Shown: piece by piece, positions 48,774 to 59,808 of the stretch
Layout of the letters: each line of letters begins with the position of its first letter
Numbering within the stretch: the first letter of the stretch is position 1
DNA from: Candidatus Poribacteria bacterium
Lineage (GTDB): Bacteria > Poribacteria > WGA-4E > WGA-3G
NCBI GenBank assembly: GCA_965198235.1
Contig: OZ240248.1
Coordinates: forward strand, 3,296,001 to 3,360,000
DNA length: 64,000 bases
Direction: 5' to 3'
Notes under the pieces: model-generated
What the model was told of the DNA's origin: nothing
The model's input: only the letters and a program-made list of their open reading frames with translations
Databases searched by the model: none
Translations under genes and position numbers: made by a program

Positions 48774-49064
48774 TTGGCGATTGATGCAGCAGAGAAGAAG
48801 GAATTGATCCAACAGTACCAGATACACCAACAAGACACTGGTTCCCCGGAGACCCAAGTGGCAATTTTGAATGCGCGTATTCAACAGTTGACTGAGCATT
48901 TTCGGACGCACCGAAAGGATTATCATTCGCGCCATGGACTTTTCCGATTAGTTGGCAAGCAGCGCCGCTTGTTACGGTATCTTTACAAGAAAGACGCAAC
49001 GCGCTATTACCGTTTAATTAATGAACTCGGAATTCGTGACACTATCGGATCGAGGAGGAGTTAG
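48774..49064 (+). CDS. rpsO: 30S ribosomal protein S15
   Basis: [23 protein letters not shown]; TTG start with AAGGAGGTGA RBS. Confidence 0.97.
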   Translation: MAIDAAEKKELIQQYQIHQQDTGSPETQVAILNARIQQLTEHFRTHRKDYHSRHGLFRLVGKQRRLLRYLYKKDATRYYRLINELGIRDTIGSRRS

Positions 49065-49169
49065 ATTTTGTACGGGTGCTGGGCGAGTTTGTCGTCTCAG
49101 TGCCAATTTTTACTGTCTATACTCGGTGACACGACAAAATAAATAGGAAATACAGGAGTAGTACATAGA

Positions 49170-51506
49170 ATGAAAGTTGAAATGCAACTTGGGAGCGAGA
49201 AGTTATCAATTGAAACCGGAAAAGTTGCGAAACAGGCAGACGGTGCCGTTTGGGTGCAATACGGTGGAACGGTTGTTTTAGTCACGGTGGTAGCCGATGA
49301 TGCTGAACAAGACCTCGATTTCTTTCCTTTAACAGTAGATTACCGTGAAAGGGCATACGCCACTGGGCGGATACCAACAGTTTATGGGAGGCGCGAGCCA
49401 CGTCCGGGGACATCAGAACAGTTGGTAGCTCGTTTAATTGACCACTGCATTCGCCCTCTTTTTCCAAAGGACTTTAAGGCTGAGGTGCAAGTTTTATGTA
49501 ATGTGTTTTCATCGGATGGTATTCATCCCGCGGATGTTCCCGCCCTTATCGGAACTTCTGCAGCATTATCGATTTCCGATATACCCTTTAACGGGCCTGT
49601 CGCTGCTGTCACCGTCGGAAAAGTTGAAGACAAGTTAATCATCAATCCTACTTATGAAGAATTGCATGCCTCAAGTATCGAATTGTTCGTCAGTGGTAAG
49701 GCAGATGCTGTTATGTCTGTCGAAGGCGGTGGGCATGAAACTCCTGAAGATGAAGTCATTGACACAATTATCACCGCTCACGCGCAGATACAAGAGATCA
49801 TCAAACTTCAAGAAGGATTGGCGGCTGGCTGCAGTAACGCAAAACGCGACTATGCCTCTAAAAGTGTTGAGTCTAACCTCAGTAGCCGTGTCCGGGATCT
49901 CGCCACTTCCCGCGTTCGAGAGTCTATCGGGATGGCAGACAAGAAGTTGCGTGAGGATTATCTTGAACAGGTGCAAGAAGAAGTGCTCTCAGAAATTCTT
50001 GAGGATACATCTGAGGAAGCCGATTCCAATGCAACAAAAGATGCCATCTCCATCTTAAATGAAATCGAAAAAGAAGAGATGCGTGAAGCGATTCTCACAC
50101 AGGGGAAACGTGTTGATGGTCGAGGTGTAACCGACATTCGCTCGATTTCAGGAGAAGTGGCGTTGCTCCCACATACCCACGGCTCCGCTCTGTTTAGCAG
50201 AGGGCAAACACAGGCACTCTGTGTAACAACACTCGGTACATCCGGCGATGAAGACGTACAACGCGGACTTGATGGCGAAGCAAGACGCTCCTTCTTTTTA
50301 CATTATAACTTCCCACCATTCAGTACCGGTGAAGTCAAACGCATGATGGGACCCGGGCGCCGGGAAATCGGGCACGGGGCACTCGCGCAAAAGGCTCTTG
50401 AACCGGTCATCCCGGATAAGGAAGAATTTCATTATACCATTCGGGTTGTCTCCGAGATTTTGGAATCTAATGCCTCATCTTCAATGGCAACTGTCTGCGG
50501 TACAACACTCGCACTGTTAGATGCGGGTGTGCCACTTAAAAGACCCGTTGCGGGGATCGGTGTCGGTCTTATCAAGGAAGGCGAACAGGAAGCTATCCTT
50601 ACCGATATGCTCGGAACCGAAGATTTTCTCGGCGACATGGACTTCAAAGTAGCGGGAACCAATGAAGGTGTCACCGCTATACAGATGGACATCAAGATTG
50701 ATGGTGTCACGCCTGAGTTGATGCGCCGGGCAATTCATCAGGCGAGAGAGGCACGCCTTTCGGTCATCGAACAGATGAACGCTGTCATAGCCGAACCGCG
50801 TGCGGAATTGTCACCCTACGCACCTCGAATTTATTCCCTCCAAATTGCGCAGCAGAAAATCAAAGACCTCATCGGTCCGCGTGGTAAAACTGTGCAGGGC
50901 ATCCAAGAAGAAACAAGCACGACCATCAATATCGAAGATGATGGGACTGTCGAGATTGCCGCGACAAGCGCAGAAGATGTCAAACGCGCGGAAGAGAAAA
51001 TTCGGGCAATCACCGCTATGCCTGAGATTGGCAAGGAATACACCGGTAAGGTGGTCCGAACAGCACCCTTTGGCGCATTTGTCGAAATCCTGCCCGGTAA
51101 GGATGGGCTTGTTCATATTTCACAGATGGGGGATGGGTATGTCCGCCGCGCCGAGGATGTTATGCAGGTTGGTGACGAGGTTACCGTCCGCATCCTCACT
51201 ATTGACGAACAGGATCGCGTAGATCTTACACTCGTTGCTGCAGGGGGCGTGCCTGTTGAAGAACTAAATATTGAATCAGGTGAAGATCGTGAGCCCTCAT
51301 CCGATTGGAATGCTGGCAGAGAATCCCGAGACTCCGGACGCTCTAACTATCGGGATAATCGGGATAATCGGGATAATCGTGAGTACCGTGATAGACGTTC
51401 TAATGACACACGCGAACGGCGCGGAAATCGCTATGACCAACGAGATAATTCTCGCGACTTCCGTAATCAACGCTCACCACGCATTCCCAAAGGGCGTTCC
51501 CGGTAG
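49170..51506 (+). CDS. pnp: Polyribonucleotide nucleotidyltransferase
   Basis: DFFPLTVDYRE, RREIGHG, DMDFKVAGT, KH and S1 domains; R/D/N-rich tail with CGGGATAAT x3 at 51351-51377. Confidence 0.98.
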   Translation: MKVEMQLGSEKLSIETGKVAKQADGAVWVQYGGTVVLVTVVADDAEQDLDFFPLTVDYRERAYATGRIPTVYGRREPRPGTSEQLVARLIDHCIRPLFPKDFKAEVQVLCNVFSSDGIHPADVPALIGTSAALSISDIPFNGPVAAVTVGKVEDKLIINPTYEELHASSIELFVSGKADAVMSVEGGGHETPEDEVIDTIITAHAQIQEIIKLQEGLAAGCSNAKRDYASKSVESNLSSRVRDLATSRVRESIGMADKKLREDYLEQVQEEVLSEILEDTSEEADSNATKDAISILNEIEKEEMREAILTQGKRVDGRGVTDIRSISGEVALLPHTHGSALFSRGQTQALCVTTLGTSGDEDVQRGLDGEARRSFFLHYNFPPFSTGEVKRMMGPGRREIGHGALAQKALEPVIPDKEEFHYTIRVVSEILESNASSSMATVCGTTLALLDAGVPLKRPVAGIGVGLIKEGEQEAILTDMLGTEDFLGDMDFKVAGTNEGVTAIQMDIKIDGVTPELMRRAIHQAREARLSVIEQMNAVIAEPRAELSPYAPRIYSLQIAQQKIKDLIGPRGKTVQGIQEETSTTINIEDDGTVEIAATSAEDVKRAEEKIRAITAMPEIGKEYTGKVVRTAPFGAFVEILPGKDGLVHISQMGDGYVRRAEDVMQVGDEVTVRILTIDEQDRVDLTLVAAGGVPVEELNIESGEDREPSSDWNAGRESRDSGRSNYRDNRDNRDNREYRDRRSNDTRERRGNRYDQRDNSRDFRNQRSPRIPKGRSR

Positions 51507-51548
51507 TAGGGAACGCGTTGTAACAACCAATTTACATAGAACACGAAG

Positions 51549-51580
51549 TAGGGTGAAGGGCGGTTCCTTTACCCTATTTC
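51549..51580 (+). terminator. Probable intrinsic terminator after pnp
   Basis: TAGGGTGAAGG-GCGGTT-CCTTTACCCTA followed by TTTC. Confidence 0.6.
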
Positions 51581-51645
51581 TATGTTTAAACCCCGATACC
51601 ATTGATTTTAGGTAGTTAAACTTATAGACGAAGAAAATTAAAAAT

Positions 51646-51675
51646 TTGGCATGTTCCCTGAATTTATGCTATAAT
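51646..51675 (+). promoter_or_regulatory. sigma70 promoter (extended -10)
   Basis: TTGGCA-N18-TATAAT with TG. Confidence 0.5.
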
Positions 51676-51769
51676 ATGAGTATTATAAAGTAATCCGAAT
51701 CTTTGACGAGGACGATACAGCTGCCCGTATAGACGAAGTAAAACACACTACTGAAATGAGGGCAAACCA

Positions 51770-52030
51770 ATGAAATCACGACGTAATCTAACTAAGCACG
51801 CCTTTGATAAAGGAGACTTGCTCGATCAGAGATGGCTCACCTATCTTTTAGCCATTGTTCTCATACTCCTTGTGCTCGTCTTTGTTGTTCTATTGTCGCC
51901 TACCTATAAACGATATGTTGTTGATACTGTTAAATCTGTGTTTTATGGTGGGAAACAGACAGCACCACGACCGAAAGCGGCTCCAGTAAAGTTTCAGCGA
52001 CCCGCACTAACGAATGGTCTGATGTTTTAA
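51770..52030 (+). CDS. Small single-TM hypothetical protein
   Basis: 86 aa, one hydrophobic helix, GAGGG RBS. Confidence 0.6.
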   Translation: MKSRRNLTKHAFDKGDLLDQRWLTYLLAIVLILLVLVFVVLLSPTYKRYVVDTVKSVFYGGKQTAPRPKAAPVKFQRPALTNGLMF

Positions 52031-52123
52031 ACGAAGCAGACAAAACCGTGGCAATTAGGAGACACGAAAACTAACTTTAGAACACAGTCGGTCCCTTTTT
52101 CCGACAAAACTCCGGAGAGAAAA

Positions 52124-52639
52124 ATGTCTAAAATGTTGTTCATCTTAGTGCTACCGATTTGGCTAATTTTGATCTCTGGGTGCGGTTATGTTTCCAAATC
52201 AGAGTATTTAGAGCATATCTCAACCATTCGTATTACACCTGTTGAAATCCTGGATGCAGATTTTGCTTATGATAATGCCTCCCAACGTCCCAATGATGAA
52301 GTCATCCATGAGAAACTAACCCAACGTTTCAACCGTAAATGGCGAGACGGAAACGATGCCGAATTTACGATGCGGATACAGGATTACAATGTAAGAGAGC
52401 ACGGATTTGGACCTAATGGTGAAGTTGAGCTCGTGCGGATGACGCTTCAGATAGAGTATCAATTTATAGATAGGGTCCGCAACCAAATTATTGAGGAAAG
52501 TGATAACTACCTCCAGGTTCACGATTTCTATATTGTCTCAAATCGGGCTGAACCGATGGAAAGCGGTGAACAAGCCAGAAGTCTTATTGTAGAAGAATTG
52601 ATCGAGGACCTTTACAACCAATTGGCTGAGCAGTGGTAG
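52124..52639 (+). CDS. LptE-like lipoprotein
   Basis: Lipobox ISGC followed by GY; size, topology and terminal W typical of LptE-like proteins. Confidence 0.65.
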   Translation: MSKMLFILVLPIWLILISGCGYVSKSEYLEHISTIRITPVEILDADFAYDNASQRPNDEVIHEKLTQRFNRKWRDGNDAEFTMRIQDYNVREHGFGPNGEVELVRMTLQIEYQFIDRVRNQIIEESDNYLQVHDFYIVSNRAEPMESGEQARSLIVEELIEDLYNQLAEQW

Positions 52640-52667
52640 CAGAACACTGCGTCGGAGCTCTCCCTCC

Positions 52668-53720
52668 ATGAAACGTGAGACAGGATGTCCTTTTCAAAGA
52701 TTTCATCGTTTTTCACTTTGCGTGACCTTTTTCTGCAGTTTGGTGCTGATTTCGTGCGGTGAAGAACAAGGAAATTGGACGGCTGTTCAACAGGAGGGTG
52801 AGTATATCTACGGGGTCTGGCACAGCACTACACTGAAGAGAGCAGAACAGGCGATGCAGGAGGTTTTTGAGAACATTAGGGACGCGTCAACACTACCGGC
52901 AGAATCGCTAACGGCGAAAGACTTTGAACAAACAAGTATTTCGCCTAAGCTTCTCTTACCGAGCAATGGTGAAATATTGGATTGGGTACAGTCGCGCCCA
53001 CCATCAACCTACGAAGGCAAGACCCTCTATCGGGATAGAGCCGAAGCACCGGATCTTTTCTACGCTTACGGTTTCCAGCGGCAGGCAGAGGTGGAATACC
53101 AAACACCTCGATTCGGTTCAAAGCCTTTGATTTTGCTCGAGATTTTCGATATGGACACCCCTGAAAATGCATTTGGGATTTATAACTTTCACATCTATCC
53201 GCAAGTAAAATTTGAATGGGTGGGCAGCAAGGCGATACTTTCAGGCGGGTATCTCCGATTTTCAAAAGGGAAATATTTTATTCAAATTGAAGGCTACGAA
53301 TTCGCGACCGGTATTCGTGAAGCGATGGTTCTGCTCGCAAAAAATATCGCCGCACGGATTAAAGAGCCTGCTTCAGAACCACGAATATTGACTTTACTCC
53401 CAAGAAATAAGATGAGTGGAAGTGTCAAGTTATTTCAATCGAATTGGGTGTTGCGTCAGATTTACAGCACGTTGCCTGTCAATGTACCACAATTGAGTGA
53501 GACAGCACTCGGAATATCCGCTCGTTATCAGGATAACCCAGACTTAAAAAATTGGATGGAGGCACAGATCGTTTTTATCATCCGTTTTCCCGACCCTTCT
53601 GCGGCGGAATCTGCCTATACTATTTACCGGGATTCCGTGATGGAGGCAGCTTTGCCTCTTAAAGTTGGCACAACTGGACCGATTCTTGTGAACGAGCTTG
53701 TCGCGCCAAAGGCAAATTAA
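52668..53720 (+). CDS. Putative lipoprotein (DUF6599-like)
   Basis: Lipobox LISC; YGFQ...LEIFDMDTPENAFGIY...F.KGKYFIQI. Confidence 0.6.
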   Translation: MKRETGCPFQRFHRFSLCVTFFCSLVLISCGEEQGNWTAVQQEGEYIYGVWHSTTLKRAEQAMQEVFENIRDASTLPAESLTAKDFEQTSISPKLLLPSNGEILDWVQSRPPSTYEGKTLYRDRAEAPDLFYAYGFQRQAEVEYQTPRFGSKPLILLEIFDMDTPENAFGIYNFHIYPQVKFEWVGSKAILSGGYLRFSKGKYFIQIEGYEFATGIREAMVLLAKNIAARIKEPASEPRILTLLPRNKMSGSVKLFQSNWVLRQIYSTLPVNVPQLSETALGISARYQDNPDLKNWMEAQIVFIIRFPDPSAAESAYTIYRDSVMEAALPLKVGTTGPILVNELVAPKAN

Positions 53721-53858
53721 AAAAGCGTGTCTCCTTTAAGAGATTTAACCAAAGACGTAAGCCCAACTATCGGGCGGGGCTGGATATACGCCAGGGAACG
53801 TTATGCCTCGAACCGACTTGCCTAATCCGCAAGGAAAATTAAAAATAGGAGCTTTCTC

Positions 53859-54611
53859 ATGCGAGGAGATTTTGAAGCCTATCTTAATGATTCGTTTCGT
53901 GATGAAAATGGAAACCTTAATTTAGCATCGTTGTTGGCATTAGAGGATGAAGCCGACATGGATGTTGCGGTTATTATGCCGAATACCCAGCCTCTTCCCC
54001 AAAATAGTGAGCTTGCTGACGCGATTCGCGGTAATTCGCGCGCACTTGGCTGTGCCCTCGTGCATCCAACGGAACCAGAACCCGTTGAGCAGGTTAGGTT
54101 AGCAGCCGAGGAATGGGGCATGCGCGGGATTAAACTGATGCCTGCCGTTCACAACTACGATGTGGATGCTGAAATCGTACGTCCTGTCGTTGAAGCTGCC
54201 CGTGATTACGGACTTATCGTCTCAATTCATTCTGGACCTAACAATTGCCATCCCAACCGGATCGGTACTGTGGCAAGTTGGGTGCCAGAAACCCCGGTTA
54301 TCATGGATCACATGGGGTTTCCGGACGATTTGGATTCAGGTATCTCTGTCGCAAAGGCGAACAAAAATATCTCGTTGGGGACGACTATCTTACGCTTTCA
54401 TCGGCGTTGGGGGACGGATCCAGATACCGTTGTTCCAACGGAGGTAAAAACAGCTGTTGAAGATCTTGGACCTGAGCAGATAGTCTTCGGTTCTAATTTG
54501 CCTGAGTACCGTCCTATTCAGGTTATCAACGCTCTCAAACGGTTGGAACTCGGCGATGATGCCGAAGCACAGATTTTCGGTGGAAACCTCGCTCGTATCT
54601 ATGGACTTTAA
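53859..54611 (+). CDS. Amidohydrolase_2-family TIM-barrel protein
   Basis: GMRGIKLMP, SIHSG, IMDHMG, IVFGSNLP, IFGGNLARIYGL. Confidence 0.85.
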   Translation: MRGDFEAYLNDSFRDENGNLNLASLLALEDEADMDVAVIMPNTQPLPQNSELADAIRGNSRALGCALVHPTEPEPVEQVRLAAEEWGMRGIKLMPAVHNYDVDAEIVRPVVEAARDYGLIVSIHSGPNNCHPNRIGTVASWVPETPVIMDHMGFPDDLDSGISVAKANKNISLGTTILRFHRRWGTDPDTVVPTEVKTAVEDLGPEQIVFGSNLPEYRPIQVINALKRLELGDDAEAQIFGGNLARIYGL

Positions 54612-54756
54612 ATACGCGAAGATCTACTTAGGTTCCCCGTGAATTTCGGGTTGTTTTGATGATTGAATCTGAGCCTTGTTCCACTACGTTCCATAACGCC
54701 TCTATCTAAATTGAAAACCTGCTTTAGGTTTGAAAAGGTTCATAACTTCACCGTAA

Positions 54757-54831
54757 ACCACTGCGGAATGAAATTAGGTTTCCTTAAATGGCATAATTTG
54801 TCTTTGCTTTACATTTGGAGCAGTGACCAGA
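54757..54831. repeat. 75-bp dispersed palindromic repeat, copy 1 (upstream of gcvT)
   Basis: ACCACTGCGGAATGAAATTAGGTTTCCTTAAATGGCATAATTTGTCTTTGCTTTACATTTGGAGCAGTGACCAGA; matches 56070 and 59627. Confidence 0.9.
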
Positions 54832-54847
54832 GGCAATAGTTTAAAAA

Positions 54848-55933
54848 ATGAAGCGAACGCCCCTTTATGAGGTACACAAAAGCCTCAATGCTAAATTCAC
54901 CGAATTCGGCGGTTGGGAGATGCCCCTTCAGTATAGCAGCATTGTTAAGGAACATTTGGCTGTCCGGAGCATCGCCGGTTTGTTTGACCTGTCACATATG
55001 GGAGAGGTTGAAGTTTCTGGACAGGGGGCGAACGAATTGGTGCAGAAACTCAGCACGAATGATGTGAGTCGTTTAAGCAATGGACGTGTGTTGTATACAC
55101 TATTCTGCAATGAAACAGGCGGAATCGTTGACGACCTACTCGTTTATCGACATGCGGATAATCACTATATGTTGGTAGTCAACGCCGCCAATATTGAGAA
55201 AGATCTGGCGTGGGTGGAGACCTGTAACGATGCAGGTGCAGAAGTAAAAGACATATCCGAGGACACGGCTCTCATTGCCCTGCAGGGTCCAAAGGCAATA
55301 GACCTTCTGAATCCTTTCGTTCCTGAACGAGATGTCTCCGAGATTCCGTATTTTCGATTTACAGCCGGTGAAGTCGCTGGGGTCCCTACCGCTATTTCAC
55401 GTACGGGTTATACGGGGGAAGTTGGCTTTGAGTTATACGTCCCTGCGGCGGATGCCGAACGTTTGTGGACTGCTCTGTATCCTGCCGTCATGGCAGTAGG
55501 AGGACAACCGGTGGGGCTTGGTGCGCGCGACACCTTACGTCTTGAAGCCGGACTTCGCCTCTACGGCATGGACATGAGCGACGACACGAACCCGTTTGAA
55601 GTTGGGCTGGGTCGGTTCGTCAAATTTAAGAATCGACAATTTATCGGCAAAAGTGCACTCCTTGCAGAGAAAAAGAAGGGCATCACGAAACAGATGATTG
55701 GATTTCAGATGCTTGACCGTGCTGTAGCACGTGCTGGTTATGCTATTTATCAAGGCGGTGAACGCATTGGTAGTGTGACCAGCGGTGCCCCTTCGCCGAG
55801 TCTTAAATGTAGTATCGGTTTCGCTTCTGTTGAATCACAAGCGGTGTCTGAAAATGAAAAAATTGATGTAGAAATTCGAGGTAAATTGCACCCCGCTATA
55901 ATTGTGGAGGTGCCTTTTATTTCAAATTTCTAA
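54848..55933 (+). CDS. gcvT: Glycine cleavage system aminomethyltransferase T
   Basis: FGGWEMPLQY, FDLSHMGE, SRTGYTGE, GARDTLRLEAG. Confidence 0.97.
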   Translation: MKRTPLYEVHKSLNAKFTEFGGWEMPLQYSSIVKEHLAVRSIAGLFDLSHMGEVEVSGQGANELVQKLSTNDVSRLSNGRVLYTLFCNETGGIVDDLLVYRHADNHYMLVVNAANIEKDLAWVETCNDAGAEVKDISEDTALIALQGPKAIDLLNPFVPERDVSEIPYFRFTAGEVAGVPTAISRTGYTGEVGFELYVPAADAERLWTALYPAVMAVGGQPVGLGARDTLRLEAGLRLYGMDMSDDTNPFEVGLGRFVKFKNRQFIGKSALLAEKKKGITKQMIGFQMLDRAVARAGYAIYQGGERIGSVTSGAPSPSLKCSIGFASVESQAVSENEKIDVEIRGKLHPAIIVEVPFISNF

Positions 55934-56069
55934 CGACGGGCCTCTGGACTGCTCTCCACTACGTTTCGAGTAGGTTTCTGGTGAAGTTAGTTACAGCGGA
56001 TAAAGGAATTGCAAGGTTTTTTGTGTATCGCACGTGCCTTTTTAGGGGTGAACACGCGTCTCACCAGAT

Positions 56070-56144
56070 ACCATCGTGGAACGAAATTATGTTTCCTTAA
56101 ATGGCATAATTTGTCTTTGCTTTACATTTGGAACGATGACCAGA
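56070..56144. repeat. 75-bp dispersed palindromic repeat, copy 2 (upstream of gcvH)
   Basis: ACCATCGTGGAACGAAATTATGTTTCCTTAAATGGCATAATTTGTCTTTGCTTTACATTTGGAACGATGACCAGA. Confidence 0.9.
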
Positions 56145-56172
56145 TTTCACAGTTAGAAAAAGAGAACATAAA

Positions 56173-56559
56173 ATGATTCCACAAGACTTAAGATACATGG
56201 AAAGCCATGAATGGATCAAACAAGAGGGAGACATCGCTACTATTGGTATCAGCGATTATGCCCAATCCGAAATTCAGGATATTGTCTATGTTGAATTGCC
56301 CGAAGTTGGCACTGAACTCACACAGAAAACGGAGTTCGGTGTGATAGAGTCTGTCAAGGCGGCATTCGATCTCTATGCTCCTGTCAGCGGTGAGGTCATT
56401 GAGGTCAACGAATCGCTTCTCGACGCACCGGAACAGGTGAATGAGTCTCCGTACAATGAAGGTTGGTTCCTCAGAATCAGAATGACTGACACTAACGAAC
56501 TTGACGCACTTCTTGATGCCGATGATTATCAGGCGCATATTGAGGCGGAGCATGCTTGA
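56173..56559 (+). CDS. gcvH: Glycine cleavage system H protein
   Basis: SHEW, GISDYAQ, lipoyl site ESVKA, SPYNEGW. Confidence 0.97.
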   Translation: MIPQDLRYMESHEWIKQEGDIATIGISDYAQSEIQDIVYVELPEVGTELTQKTEFGVIESVKAAFDLYAPVSGEVIEVNESLLDAPEQVNESPYNEGWFLRIRMTDTNELDALLDADDYQAHIEAEHA

Positions 56560-59407
56560 AAAACAGAAAAACGGAAGATCCTTCGCAAATCGACACATCG
56601 GTCCTCGTCCAGAAGATGTTGAATGGATGTTGTCAACGCTCGGCTATTCTTCAATGACTGATTTCATTGAAGATGTTGTGCCAGCGGATATTCGTTTATC
56701 CTCCGCTTTCAGTTTAAATGGAGATGTGTGTGGGCTTTCAGAGTCGGAGGTGCTTGCCGCACTCAAGAAACTTGCTTCCCAAAACCAAGTCTTTCGCTCT
56801 TTTATTGGAATGGGATACTATAATTGCTTTGTTCCGCCAGTCATCCAACGAAACATTTTGGAAAATCCCGGTTGGTACACCCAATACACACCCTATCAAG
56901 CCGAGATTTCACAGGGACGTTTGGAGGCATTGCTTAACTTCCAAACAATGGTGATTGATTTAACCGGTTTACCTGTCGCGAATGCTTCTCTCTTAGATGA
57001 GGCAACAGCCGCCGCCGAGGCGATGGGGATGTGCCTCACCCTTACAAAACAGAAAACATGCCGCGATTTTTTCGTTTCTGAAACCTGTCATCCACAAACT
57101 ATCGCTGTTTTGCAGACGCGTGCTGAGCCTCTCGGCATTCGATTGGTTATTGGGGACCATAGAAATACGGACTTTGACGCGCCAATTCTCGGTGCTATCG
57201 CACAATACCCCGCAACTGATGGCGCGATTTACGATTACAGCGAATTTGGGGAACGAGTGCATGCCGCTGGCGGTTTGTTCATTACTGCCACAGATCTGTT
57301 AGCACTGACCCTTTTACGTCCACCTGGCGAGTTTGGAGCAGACATTGCTATCGGTAGTGCACAGCGATTCGGGGTTCCGCTCGGTTATGGCGGTCCGCAC
57401 GCTGCCTTCCTCGCTACCCGTGAGCAACTAAAGCGACAGATACCCGGAAGGATTGCGGGTGTTTCTCAAGATGCGACCGGCAAACCGGCTATCCGCTTGG
57501 CACTCCAAACGCGGGAGCAGCATATCCGACGTGAAAAAGCAACGAGTAACATTTGCACCGCGCAGGTACTACTCGCTGTGATGGCAGGGATGTATGCGGT
57601 TTATCATGGACCCACAGGACTTAAGCACATCGCTGAACGCATCCACTCACTCACTTGCACATTACGTGCAGGGCTTGGAGAACTTGGGTTTACAACGGGG
57701 AAATTGCCCTGTTTTGACACTCTCTCTGTTGGTGTGCCGTTGGGAACAACGGAGGAGTTGCTCGACTCTGCCCGTGCAAAACAAATAAACCTTCGGGCAA
57801 CTAATTCAACGCATATCGGTATCTCTTTAGACGAAACAACGACATTGGTCGATGTTGAAGAAATCTTGCAAGTATTTGGTGCGCGAACAAGTTTGGAAAG
57901 CGTACCTGCAAGTGACATTCCTATAGATTTGCAACGGAAGAGTTCCTACCTAATGCATCCGGTGTTCAATAGTTACCATTCTGAAACCGAGATGCTTCGC
58001 TATATCCACAAGCTTCAAACCAAAGATCTTTCCCTTGTGAATGCCATGATACCTCTCGGTTCTTGTACCATGAAACTCAATGCTACGGCGGAGATGGTCC
58101 CAGTAACATGGAACGAGTTTGGCGGACTGCACCCCTTCGCGCCGCGAGAGCAAGCAAAAGGGTATCAGCATCTGTTTTCACAATTAGAAACGTGGTTAGC
58201 TGAGATAACGGGTTATAGTGGTATCTCATTGCAACCGAATGCGGGTTCACAAGGTGAATATGCAGGACTGTTAGTCGTCCGAAAATACCACCAGAGCCGC
58301 GGTGAGTCACATCGTGATGTTTGTTTAATACCAACATCTGCTCACGGCACAAATCCTGCAAGTGCTGTGATGGCAGGTATGCAAGTTGTCGTCGTCGCGT
58401 GCGATACGGATGGGAATATTGACCTCGAAGATCTGGAATTAAAAGCTGACAAGCATCGTGAAGATCTTGCCGCTGCCATGATTACATACCCTTCAACACA
58501 TGGGGTCTTTGAAGAGAAAATTCGAGAGATTTGCGATATTGTTCATCAATCCGGTGGACAGGTCTACATGGACGGTGCGAATCTGAATGCCCTTGTTGGA
58601 ATCGGGCAGCCAGCAGATATTGGAGCGGATGTATGCCATTTGAATCTCCACAAAACTTTCTGTATCCCTCACGGTGGGGGTGGACCGGGAATGGGACCCA
58701 TTGGGGTTAAGGCGCATCTCACAGACTTCTTGCCAACACATCCACTTGTCCCTGTCGGTGGTGATGCTGGAATTGGTGCCGTGTCTGCTGCCCCGTGGGG
58801 AAGCCCAGGAATTCTGCCCATCTCATGGGCATATATTGCGATGATGGGAACGCAGGGGCTTACAGCCGCGACAGAAGTTGCGATCCTGAACGCGAACTAT
58901 ATTGCCAAACGGCTCGCGCCTCATTATCCTGTCCTTTATACGGGAAAAAACGGCTTAGTTGCTCACGAATGTATCATTGATTTGCGTGCATTCAAGAAGA
59001 ATACCGATATAGATGTGACCGATATCGCAAAGCGACTGATGGACTACGGGTTCCACGCACCGACTGTTTCTTGGCCCGTACTGGGGACGATGATGATTGA
59101 ACCGACAGAAAGCGAATCGAGGGCGGAGTTAGAGCGGTTCTGTGATGCTCTCATTTCAATACGTGAAGAGATAGCGGAGATTGAGACGGGTGTCGCTGAT
59201 CAGGTAGACAATGTGTTGAAGAATGCTCCGCACACCGTGGAAATGGTTACACGATCTGAATGGAGTCATTCGTATTCGCGTGAAAGAGCCGCGTTTCCGA
59301 AACCTTGGGTCCGCGAGGCTAAATTTTGGCCCGCAGTCGCACGTATCAACGAGGTTTACGGAGATAGGAATCTTTTGTGTGCCTGCCCACCGCTTGATAA
59401 ATATTAA
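56552..59407 (+). CDS. gcvP: Glycine dehydrogenase (decarboxylating), single chain
   Basis: [62 protein letters not shown]. Start moved to ATG 56552. Confidence 0.98.
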   Translation: MLEKQKNGRSFANRHIGPRPEDVEWMLSTLGYSSMTDFIEDVVPADIRLSSAFSLNGDVCGLSESEVLAALKKLASQNQVFRSFIGMGYYNCFVPPVIQRNILENPGWYTQYTPYQAEISQGRLEALLNFQTMVIDLTGLPVANASLLDEATAAAEAMGMCLTLTKQKTCRDFFVSETCHPQTIAVLQTRAEPLGIRLVIGDHRNTDFDAPILGAIAQYPATDGAIYDYSEFGERVHAAGGLFITATDLLALTLLRPPGEFGADIAIGSAQRFGVPLGYGGPHAAFLATREQLKRQIPGRIAGVSQDATGKPAIRLALQTREQHIRREKATSNICTAQVLLAVMAGMYAVYHGPTGLKHIAERIHSLTCTLRAGLGELGFTTGKLPCFDTLSVGVPLGTTEELLDSARAKQINLRATNSTHIGISLDETTTLVDVEEILQVFGARTSLESVPASDIPIDLQRKSSYLMHPVFNSYHSETEMLRYIHKLQTKDLSLVNAMIPLGSCTMKLNATAEMVPVTWNEFGGLHPFAPREQAKGYQHLFSQLETWLAEITGYSGISLQPNAGSQGEYAGLLVVRKYHQSRGESHRDVCLIPTSAHGTNPASAVMAGMQVVVVACDTDGNIDLEDLELKADKHREDLAAAMITYPSTHGVFEEKIREICDIVHQSGGQVYMDGANLNALVGIGQPADIGADVCHLNLHKTFCIPHGGGGPGMGPIGVKAHLTDFLPTHPLVPVGGDAGIGAVSAAPWGSPGILPISWAYIAMMGTQGLTAATEVAILNANYIAKRLAPHYPVLYTGKNGLVAHECIIDLRAFKKNTDIDVTDIAKRLMDYGFHAPTVSWPVLGTMMIEPTESESRAELERFCDALISIREEIAEIETGVADQVDNVLKNAPHTVEMVTRSEWSHSYSRERAAFPKPWVREAKFWPAVARINEVYGDRNLLCACPPLDKY

Positions 59408-59626
59408 TTTCAGTGACGCGAATTCCGTGTTCATAGCACGTAGCACGAACTGTATGAAGTTTAAGAATTTAATTGGGTGACTACCGACATCACCTTTGGG
59501 AAAAGGAATGGCAGGTCTACGGTAGAAGACGGTACAATTTACAGAAATGGTTGTCCAGTCTAATTGGGACATCCGTATTCGCTTAAGAAAGCGTACATGG
59601 CTCAGACCCCGTTGACTTAAGCGAAA

Positions 59627-59689
59627 ACCACCGTGAAACGAAATTATGCCCTAAATGGCATAATTTGTTTTTGCTTTACATTTGGAACG
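59627..59689. repeat. Dispersed palindromic repeat, copy 3 (between gcvP and trkA)
   Basis: ACCACCGTGAAACGAAATTATGCCCTAAATGGCATAATTTGTTTTTGCTTTACATTTGGAACG; perfect AAATTATGCC/GGCATAATTT stem. Confidence 0.88.
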
Positions 59690-59808
59690 GTTTAAGCATC
59701 AACTCGACTCCGCTATAAATGTTAAAGCACGAGTGTTTTTGCTTGGGGTTTTTGCTTGGGTGTTTCTGCGGATTTCTTCGATGGTTAACAGATTTAATAA
59801 TTAAAAAT

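Noticed and set aside
807-51675. Bias toward 18-bp promoter spacers as a signature of the unusual sigma factor
   Set aside because: Candidate promoters are a mix of 17 and 18 bp, and the sample is small and hand-picked.
54789-54807. TGGCATAATTTGTCTTTGC as a sigma54 promoter
   Set aside because: GG to GC spacing is 14, not the required 10.
54612-54847. Glycine riboswitch upstream of gcvT
   Set aside because: No GGAGA...CCGAAG...CTCTCAGG aptamer motifs; the region is occupied by repeat modules.
54757-59689. Dispersed repeat as a CRISPR array
   Set aside because: Copies are kilobases apart and separated by genes; there are no regular spacers and no cas genes.
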